Part shown: positions 58,060-64,000 of the stretch, piece after piece
Layout: every line of letters begins with the position of its first letter
Position numbering within the stretch: position 1 is the first letter of the stretch
Virus record (IMG/VR): IMGVR_UViG_3300021962_000075
From: an uncultured virus (IMG/VR IMGVR_UViG_3300021962_000075)
Lineage: Duplodnaviria; Heunggongvirae; Uroviricota; Caudoviricetes
DNA: 64,000 nucleotides
Strand: one strand, 5' to 3'
Position numbers and translations under genes: made by a program
The notes under the pieces: model-generated
Databases searched by the model: none
What the model was told of the DNA's origin: nothing
What the model saw: only the letters and a program-made list of their open reading frames with translations

Positions 58060-58581
58060 ATGTCAAATTCATTTACATATCAAGTAATAAAGGATACCAC
58101 AGAACATACAGTTATTAAATTAACCGGTTCTTTTGATGGTACAGGCCAAGAAGCCAATGCTGTTCGTATTCAAGCAAATACACTATACGGTGCAATGGAT
58201 ACTTCTAAAGGTAACTTACTTTCTTCTAGTGCAAATACAGGTGCATTAGATTTTTACGGTTTATCTGTATATCGTTTATGGTATGACTGTGCATCTGGTG
58301 GTGACGTAACACTTTCTTGGAACGCAGCAACACCATTGCCTATATTTGTAATGAATGGTAACGGTGAATATGATTCTGCTGGTAACTGGGTAACAATACC
58401 AAACAACGCAAAAGGTACCACCGGATGCAAAGGTGATATTGCTGTTACAACTAGAGGTATGGCAGCAAATGATAGTTACACAATGATTTTGGAATTACGT
58501 AAAGACAACGAACATTATCAACGTGGTCATTTGAGTGATCCAGCTGCGTTTAACTATGGCCCATATGCCATGAAACCATAA
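58060..58581 (+). CDS. Hypothetical beta-rich protein in the head gene cluster
   Basis: 173-aa ORF between the gp67-like gene and gp21; not basic like T4 gp68. Confidence 0.7.
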   Translation: MSNSFTYQVIKDTTEHTVIKLTGSFDGTGQEANAVRIQANTLYGAMDTSKGNLLSSSANTGALDFYGLSVYRLWYDCASGGDVTLSWNAATPLPIFVMNGNGEYDSAGNWVTIPNNAKGTTGCKGDIAVTTRGMAANDSYTMILELRKDNEHYQRGHLSDPAAFNYGPYAMKP

Positions 58582-58591
58582 GGTAACAATA

Positions 58592-59236
58592 ATGAAACTC
58601 ATACGAGAACTTACCGAATCGGTACAATACTTAACGGAAGAAAAAGATGGAAAGAAAACACTTTACATCGAAGGTCCGTTTCTAGTAGCAGAAGCAGTTA
58701 ACAAAAACAAACGCATGTACAAAGAAGAAACAATGCGTAATGAAGTTAACCGTTACAACGAAGAATACATTTCTAAAAATCGTGCCTTTGGTGAACTGGG
58801 ACATCCAGACACCCCATCCATTAATCTTGACCGTGTATCACACTTAATTGTTGGTCTGCGTCAAGAAGGAAATGCTTGGATAGGCAAAGCAAAAATTCTT
58901 GAAACCCCTATGGGTAACATTGCAAGAAATCTTATTGAAGGTGGGGCACAACTTGGTGTATCATCTAGAGGTATGGGTTCTCTTAAAATGGAAAACGGCA
59001 TCAATGTCGTTCAAGGAGACTTTCATCTGGCCACAGCGGCAGATATTGTAGCAGACCCTTCTGCACCTGGTGCTTTTGTGCAAGGTATTATGGAAGGTAA
59101 GGAATGGATGTTAGTTAATGGTATCTGGACAGAACAACATTACGATGTTGCTAAACAGGAAATCAAACAAGCATCAAGCAAAGATATTGAAGCAGTAAGC
59201 TTAAAAATCTTTGAAAACTTCCTTAAAAAACTTTAA
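58592..59236 (+). CDS. gp21: Prohead protease
   Basis: LYIEG.F..AE..N.N.R.Y, AFGELGHP, LGVSSRGMGS, ADIVADPSAP.AFV. Confidence 0.96.
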   Translation: MKLIRELTESVQYLTEEKDGKKTLYIEGPFLVAEAVNKNKRMYKEETMRNEVNRYNEEYISKNRAFGELGHPDTPSINLDRVSHLIVGLRQEGNAWIGKAKILETPMGNIARNLIEGGAQLGVSSRGMGSLKMENGINVVQGDFHLATAADIVADPSAPGAFVQGIMEGKEWMLVNGIWTEQHYDVAKQEIKQASSKDIEAVSLKIFENFLKKL

Positions 59237-59237
59237 A

Positions 59238-59245
59238 TATAAATA
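59238..59245 (+). promoter_or_regulatory. Consensus T4 late promoter TATAAATA before gp22
   Basis: Exact consensus, SD AAGGAG downstream. Confidence 0.75.
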
Positions 59246-59273
59246 TCCAATATAAATCAAGGAGATTCTCAAA

Positions 59274-60536
59274 ATGGGAAAATTTAATCTGACAGACGCC
59301 GCTAAAGCAATTCTAACAGAAGGTGCAAAAGAAAATTTTGAAGCTTCTGTAAGCCGTGGCCACAAAGACGGTCCTTCAAAGTTGCCTACATCTGTTGCTT
59401 ATGGCACTAAAGATGTTGGTGAAGTTGCAGGCGAAATCAAGAAGCAAGACGATGAGACTGGTGACTACACAAAAGGTACACCAACAGCAACACCTCCAGG
59501 TGCAACACCACCAGTTGGTTCACAACCTGCACAGAAGTTGTCTGGTCCTGCTGACTCACAAGGTTCTGAACACAAAGCTGTTCAAGCTGCAGCAACTGAT
59601 TACAACGCAATTCGTGACCGTATCAAAGCTAAACTTGCTCCACAAATGATGCAAGCAAATCCAGGTGCAACATTCCAATCTTATGCTGAAGAAGCAGAAG
59701 AAGAATCTGATGATGTTGTTGCTGAAGAAAAAGAAGGTCATGAAGACTCAGCCGAAGACAAAAAAATGATTAAGGCCATGATGAAGAAACAAAAGATGAA
59801 AGAACAAATGGACCAAGACGTAGGTGCATTGCTTTCAGGTGAAGACCTTTCAGAAGAATTCAAATCAAAAGCTACTACAATTTTCGAATCTGCCGTTGTT
59901 GCTCGTTCACAATCTATCATGGAAGAAGTTGAAGAAGCATTGTACGAAGAATTCGAAGTTGCTGTTGAAGCAGTTAAAGAAGATTTGGCTAAGAAGTTGG
60001 ATGACTACATCAACTACATGGCTGAAGAATGGTTCAAAGAAAACCAATTGGCAATCGAAAAAGGTCTACGTGCCGAAATCGTTGAAGATTTCATCCGTGG
60101 TCTAAAAGGTCTATTCGAAGAACACTATATTGACATTCCAGAAGAAAAAGTGGATGTTGTGGAAGAATTGACAACTAAGGTTGAAGAATTGGAATCTTCT
60201 ATCAACGAAGAAATTTCACGTAACGTTGAAATGAAGAAACAAATTAACGAGTTTAAAAAGAATGAGGCTATACATGCAGTATGTGAAGGCCTAACGCAGA
60301 CACAAGTAGAGAAACTTAAATCACTCGCAGAGAGCGTTGAGTTTACTACTGAAGAAGAATTTGGTCGCAAACTAGAAACATTGGTAGATTCATACTTCCA
60401 ACAATCAGTTAAAGCACCAGTTAGTTCTGCCCTGAACGAAGCTGTTGAAGTTGAGGACGAAAAAGCACCATCGGCTGCTGTTGATCCTGCAATTGCACAG
60501 TACGCACAAATCATCTCTAAATCATTGGTTAAATAA
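59274..60536 (+). CDS. gp22: Prohead scaffolding protein
   Basis: LSEEFK.KA.TIFE.AV, D.Y..Y.AEEW..EN.LAIE.G, LF.EHYIDIPEEK, KL.SLAE. Confidence 0.93.
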   Translation: MGKFNLTDAAKAILTEGAKENFEASVSRGHKDGPSKLPTSVAYGTKDVGEVAGEIKKQDDETGDYTKGTPTATPPGATPPVGSQPAQKLSGPADSQGSEHKAVQAAATDYNAIRDRIKAKLAPQMMQANPGATFQSYAEEAEEESDDVVAEEKEGHEDSAEDKKMIKAMMKKQKMKEQMDQDVGALLSGEDLSEEFKSKATTIFESAVVARSQSIMEEVEEALYEEFEVAVEAVKEDLAKKLDDYINYMAEEWFKENQLAIEKGLRAEIVEDFIRGLKGLFEEHYIDIPEEKVDVVEELTTKVEELESSINEEISRNVEMKKQINEFKKNEAIHAVCEGLTQTQVEKLKSLAESVEFTTEEEFGRKLETLVDSYFQQSVKAPVSSALNEAVEVEDEKAPSAAVDPAIAQYAQIISKSLVK

Positions 60537-60539
60537 ATA
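60533..60539 (+). promoter_or_regulatory. Late promoter ATAAATA before gp23
   Basis: Overlaps the gp22 stop; SD AAGGAG downstream. Confidence 0.65.
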
Positions 60540-60576
60540 AAATTTACCAACAAAAGATACTTACAAGGAGACACTC

Positions 60577-61923
60577 ATGTATCTAACAGAAGAACTACAA
60601 AAGAAATGGGCACCAGTGCTTGAGCACGAAGGCCTAGAGTCTATCAAAGACCCATACAAGAAAGCTGTTACAGCACTTGTTTTGGAAAACCAACAACGTG
60701 AAATGGCTGCTGCTGCACAACAGTTGAATGAAACTGCTGTTTCTGCTGCACCAACAAACGTTACAGGTTCTGGCATTTCTAACTACGATCCAATCTTGAT
60801 TAGCTTGGTTCGCCGTGCATTGCCTAACTTGATTGCTTATGACGTTGCTGGCGTTCAGCCAATGACAGGACCTACAGGTCTTATCTTCGCAATGCGTGCT
60901 CGTTACGACACACAATCAGGTGGTCCATCAAATACAAACGAAGCATTCTTCAACGAAGCAAATACAGAATTCTCTGGTGCATTGTCTACATCTAACCCAT
61001 ACGGTTTTCGTGGTAACAACGCAACTGACATCCGTACAAGCCCTGTTCAAGACTTGACTGCTAACCACTATACAACTGGTATCGCAATGACTACAGCAAC
61101 TGCTGAAGCTTTGGGTGCTGATACAGATAGTCCTTTCAAACAAATGGCATTCTCAATTGAGAAAGTTACTGTTACTGCACAATCACGTGCTTTGAAGGCT
61201 GAATACTCTCTAGAACTTGCACAAGACTTGAAGGCAATTCATGGCTTGGACGCAGAAACAGAGTTGTCAAACATCCTTTCTACAGAAATTTTGTCTGAAA
61301 TCAACCGTGAAGTTATCCGTACAATCTATACAACTGCTGTTGCAGGTGCTCAATATGGTACCACAACTGCTGGTGCATTTGACTTGGACACAGACTCTAA
61401 CGGTCGTTGGTCAGTTGAACGTTTCAAAGGTTTGATTTTCCAAATCGAACGTGATGCTAACGTTATTGCAAAACAAACTCGTAGAGGTAAAGGTAACGTG
61501 ATGATTGTATCATCTGACGTTGCTTCCGCTATGGCTATGGCTGGTGTTCTACAGTACACTCCTGCATTGTCTGCTGACTTGCAAGTTGATGACACTGGTA
61601 ACACATTTGCTGGTATGTTGCACGGTCGTATCAAGGTCTACATCGACCCATACTTCGGTGGTTACACATCTAACCAAGAATTGGTTACAATCGGTTATAA
61701 GGGTTCTTCTCCTTATGACGCTGGTCTATTCTACTGCCCATACGTTCCTCTACAAATGGTTCGTGCAGTTGACCAGTACACATTCCAACCAAAGATTGGT
61801 TTCAAGACTCGTTACGGCATGGTTGCAAACCCATTCGCAAACGGTCTTGCATCTGGCAACGGTGCATTGAACCCACGTACAAACGTGTACTACCGTATCT
61901 TCCAAGTTAAAAACTTGATGTAA
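60577..61923 (+). CDS. gp23: Major capsid protein
   Basis: KWAPVL, LISLVRR..P.LIAYD..GVQPMTGPTGLIFAMR, SRALKAEYSLELAQDLKAIHGLDAE.EL, FYCPYVPL, FQPKIGFKTRYG. Confidence 0.98.
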   Translation: MYLTEELQKKWAPVLEHEGLESIKDPYKKAVTALVLENQQREMAAAAQQLNETAVSAAPTNVTGSGISNYDPILISLVRRALPNLIAYDVAGVQPMTGPTGLIFAMRARYDTQSGGPSNTNEAFFNEANTEFSGALSTSNPYGFRGNNATDIRTSPVQDLTANHYTTGIAMTTATAEALGADTDSPFKQMAFSIEKVTVTAQSRALKAEYSLELAQDLKAIHGLDAETELSNILSTEILSEINREVIRTIYTTAVAGAQYGTTTAGAFDLDTDSNGRWSVERFKGLIFQIERDANVIAKQTRRGKGNVMIVSSDVASAMAMAGVLQYTPALSADLQVDDTGNTFAGMLHGRIKVYIDPYFGGYTSNQELVTIGYKGSSPYDAGLFYCPYVPLQMVRAVDQYTFQPKIGFKTRYGMVANPFANGLASGNGALNPRTNVYYRIFQVKNLM

Positions 61924-61952
61924 GATAAAAAGTCACCGCAGAGTGATATTTT

Positions 61953-61980
61953 AAGACCACCTTCGGGTGGTCTTTTTTTT
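61953..61980 (+). terminator. Intrinsic terminator after gp23 with C(UUCG)G tetraloop
   Basis: AAGACCACC-TTCG-GGTGGTCTT followed by a T-tract. Confidence 0.92.
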
Positions 61981-61985
61981 GGCTC

Positions 61986-61992
61986 CTAAATA
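61986..61992 (+). promoter_or_regulatory. Late promoter variant CTAAATA before gp3
   Basis: Immediately after the terminator; SD GAGGAG downstream. Confidence 0.6.
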
Positions 61993-62009
61993 CTGATAGA
62001 GGAGATAAA

Positions 62010-62522
62010 ATGACAGCACTAAACAGAAGTCCTGAAAATACAAACCTATTACAACCAACAAAGTTTTTGTTGACATTTGACAGAATTAGAACCACACAAT
62101 ATTTCTGCCAAACAGTTAATCTTCCTGGTGTAAGTTTGGGTGAAGTAAGTAGGGCAACACCATTCTTGGATATGTTTTCACCTGGCACTAAACTAACATA
62201 CGATCCATTGGTCGTAGAGTTTATATTGGATGAAGAATTGCAAGGATGGAAAAATTTGTATGATTGGTTCTTGTCTATGGCTGATCCAAATGGTTTTGAA
62301 AAACGTGACGGTAGTAGAGAACTACAAATGAATAAACATTTTTCGGATGCTACTTTAACTGTGTTGAGTGGATTAAATAATCCTTTGTTGAGAATACAAT
62401 ATGTTAACGTATTTCCATTGAGTATTGGAGATATTAGATTTGATACCACACAATCTGCGGATACAATATTGACCGCAACGGCAACATTTAGATATCAATC
62501 ATATACATACTTGACAGTTTAA
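62010..62522 (+). CDS. gp3: Tail completion / sheath stabiliser (tube terminator)
   Basis: NLLQPTKF, YFCQTVNLPG, PG.KL.YDPL.V.FI.DE.L..W, SDATL, FP.S.G.I.F. Confidence 0.9.
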   Translation: MTALNRSPENTNLLQPTKFLLTFDRIRTTQYFCQTVNLPGVSLGEVSRATPFLDMFSPGTKLTYDPLVVEFILDEELQGWKNLYDWFLSMADPNGFEKRDGSRELQMNKHFSDATLTVLSGLNNPLLRIQYVNVFPLSIGDIRFDTTQSADTILTATATFRYQSYTYLTV

Positions 62523-62539
62523 TCATTTTGTGTTATAAT
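62511..62539 (+). promoter_or_regulatory. Perfect sigma70 promoter TTGACA-N17-TATAAT with extended -10 TG, upstream of uvsY
   Basis: TTGACA at 62511-62516, TG at 62531-62532, TATAAT at 62534-62539. Confidence 0.85.
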
Positions 62540-62606
62540 GTTTTGAATAGATAGAATGACATTAAGTTGTTGATTCTAAAGAATAATTTGATATATTTGA
62601 ATAGAT

Positions 62607-63041
62607 ATGGAAACACTTGAACAAGTTTTAAAAATGTGGGAATCGGATGCGGTTATAGACCAAACCGAGCCATCTAAAGAACTACTAAACATTCCCAAAT
62701 ATCATAGTAAGTATCTTGGCATTCTTACTAAACATAAAATTGCATCAAAGAAAGCACACTTTGATTATCTACGTATGCGTAAAGTAAAATGGGAATACTT
62801 TACTGGCAAAATGTCCGAAGAAGAATTGGAACAATACGGTTGGGAACCATTCCAGTTTGCACTCAAATCGGATATCAATACTTACCTAGAAGCAGACAAA
62901 GACCTTATCAAGTTGCTTGAGAAGAAGGTCTACCACGAAGAAGTTATTTCTGTAATCGAATCCGTGTTAGCAGAACTTAAACAAAGAACGTGGCAGTTAA
63001 GAGATTTTATTTCTTGGGAGAAATTCGTTGCCGGACAATAA
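62607..63041 (+). CDS. uvsY: Recombination mediator protein UvsY
   Basis: W..D..ID, IPK.HSKYL, WEYFTGK, YL.AD.DL, R.WQ....I.WEKF.AG; between gp3 and uvsW. Confidence 0.9.
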   Translation: METLEQVLKMWESDAVIDQTEPSKELLNIPKYHSKYLGILTKHKIASKKAHFDYLRMRKVKWEYFTGKMSEEELEQYGWEPFQFALKSDINTYLEADKDLIKLLEKKVYHEEVISVIESVLAELKQRTWQLRDFISWEKFVAGQ

Positions 63042-63198
63042 TATACTATCAATTTCAATTGATACATTAAACCTTTTTTCTTTTATGGTTGGCATGTTTT
63101 TTGCTGCAACCATGTGGAGAACTAGGGCTTTATATTATGTCGTTTTTTATTTTGTGTGTTTGGCATTATATTACGGTTTGAGATATCATTATGGTTGA
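63028..63198 (+). CDS. Small putative membrane protein (56 aa, TTG start)
   Basis: Own translation MPDNNILSISIDTLNLFSFMVGMFFAATMWRTRALYYVVFYFVCLALYYGLRYHYG*; GGGAG 7 nt before the TTG; bridges the uvsY-uvsW gap with overlaps at both ends. Confidence 0.55.
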   Translation: MPDNNILSISIDTLNLFSFMVGMFFAATMWRTRALYYVVFYFVCLALYYGLRYHYG

Positions 63199-64000
63199 AC
63201 ACATTACAATAACAAAAGTAAATGAGGTGTACGGCAAAGTGGTCTGTGAACGCCACGTTGCAAGGGAACTGTCAGAATACTTCACGTTCTTTGTACCTGG
63301 TTATCAGTTCGTTCCAGCCTATCGGAATCGCATTTGGGATGGTAAGATTCGTCTATTCAATCTACAGACCAGTCAACTATATCTTGGATTGATTCCATAT
63401 CTTACAGAGTTTTGTGATGAACGTGAGTATGCATACTCGCATGACCTGATTGAAGATGAATATTCTGTGTATCATGCACACAAGTTCTTTGATACTTTGA
63501 ATCTACATTCAAATGGTAAACCAATCGGTGTCAGAGAACATCAACAAAATGCGTTTATTGAAGCAATACAGAAACGTAGAACCTTATTGTTGTCACCAAC
63601 CGCATCAGGCAAATCACTTATCATATACTTGTTGTTTAGACAATTATTGGATTATCAAGACCTGAAAGGTTTAATTATTGTACCGACAACATCATTGGTA
63701 GAACAGTTGTACACAGACTTCCAAGATTATTCAAGTGAAAATGGTTTTGATGTTGAAGATAATGTACACAGAATCTACCAAGGTAAAGATAAAGTAACTG
63801 ATAAAAAACTTACAATATCCACTTGGCAATCATTGTACAAACTTCCACCAGAGTATTTTCAACAGTTCGATTATGTGATTGGTGATGAGGCACACCTATT
63901 CAAGGCACAGTCTTTAACATCTATACTGACAGCCTGTGTTAATGCCAAATACCGAGTTGGTCTTACTGGAACTTTGGACGGAACCAAAACACACAAACTG
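63191..64000 (+). CDS. uvsW: RNA-DNA/DNA-DNA helicase UvsW (partial, runs off right end)
   Basis: Own translation MVEHITITKVNEVY..FTFFVPGY.F.PAYRNRIWDGKIRLF, Walker A SPTASGKS, IIVPTTSLVEQ, STWQSL, GDEAHLF, GLTGT. Confidence 0.95.
   Translation, partial: MVEHITITKVNEVYGKVVCERHVARELSEYFTFFVPGYQFVPAYRNRIWDGKIRLFNLQTSQLYLGLIPYLTEFCDEREYAYSHDLIEDEYSVYHAHKFFDTLNLHSNGKPIGVREHQQNAFIEAIQKRRTLLLSPTASGKSLIIYLLFRQLLDYQDLKGLIIVPTTSLVEQLYTDFQDYSSENGFDVEDNVHRIYQGKDKVTDKKLTISTWQSLYKLPPEYFQQFDYVIGDEAHLFKAQSLTSILTACVNAKYRVGLTGTLDGTKTHKL

Noticed and set aside
51959..61923. Introns, inteins or homing endonucleases in gp17, gp20 or gp23
   Set aside because: All ORFs are continuous, of normal length and lack such motifs
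60125..62449. Minus-strand ORFs 60125..60574 and 61907..62449
   Set aside because: Antisense shadows of gp22 and gp3 with no recognisable motifs
1..64000. Stop-codon reassignment
   Set aside because: All core genes translate to full length with code 11; TAA and TGA end genes at the expected positions

Overview
This window is one contiguous segment of a large T4-like myovirus genome (AT-rich, standard code 11). Its gene order resembles aquatic T4-like phages: gp23 is followed directly by gp3-uvsY-uvsW and there is no gp24. It holds almost the whole virion morphogenesis region. A minus-strand block (gp4, gp2, a gp54/gp19-like gene, gp26, gp51 and a partial Pro-rich gene) diverges from a long plus-strand block. 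That block runs gp48, gp53, hub, a split gp5, gp25, gp6, gp7, gp8, a 2114-aa VrlC/DUF4815-like protein, about 22 kb of fibre/adhesin genes, neck gp13-15, terminase gp16/17, sheath/tube gp18/19, portal gp20, gp21-23, gp3, uvsY and partial uvsW. Many T4-type late promoters ((T/A)TAAATA), two intrinsic terminators and one perfect sigma70 promoter are visible. I saw no tRNA, CRISPR array, integrase, intron/intein or reverse transcriptase. Four observations stand out. (1) A candidate -1 ribosomal frameshift fuses gp26 to gp51 (slippery T TTT TTC with GGAGG 10 nt upstream; the conserved gp51 N-terminus has no start codon), like the lambda G/GT tail chaperones. (2) Paired C-terminal and N-terminal motifs form a 'plug-and-socket' pattern linking about 15 accessory structural genes, with interchangeable ANxAF coiled-coil spacers, suggesting a branched modular virion appendage. 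(3) gp5 is split, lacks lysozyme and ends in an HxH tip. (4) Several late promoters sit exactly 4 nt before an SD-less ATG. Family assignments are from recalled motifs and synteny only; no searches were run.
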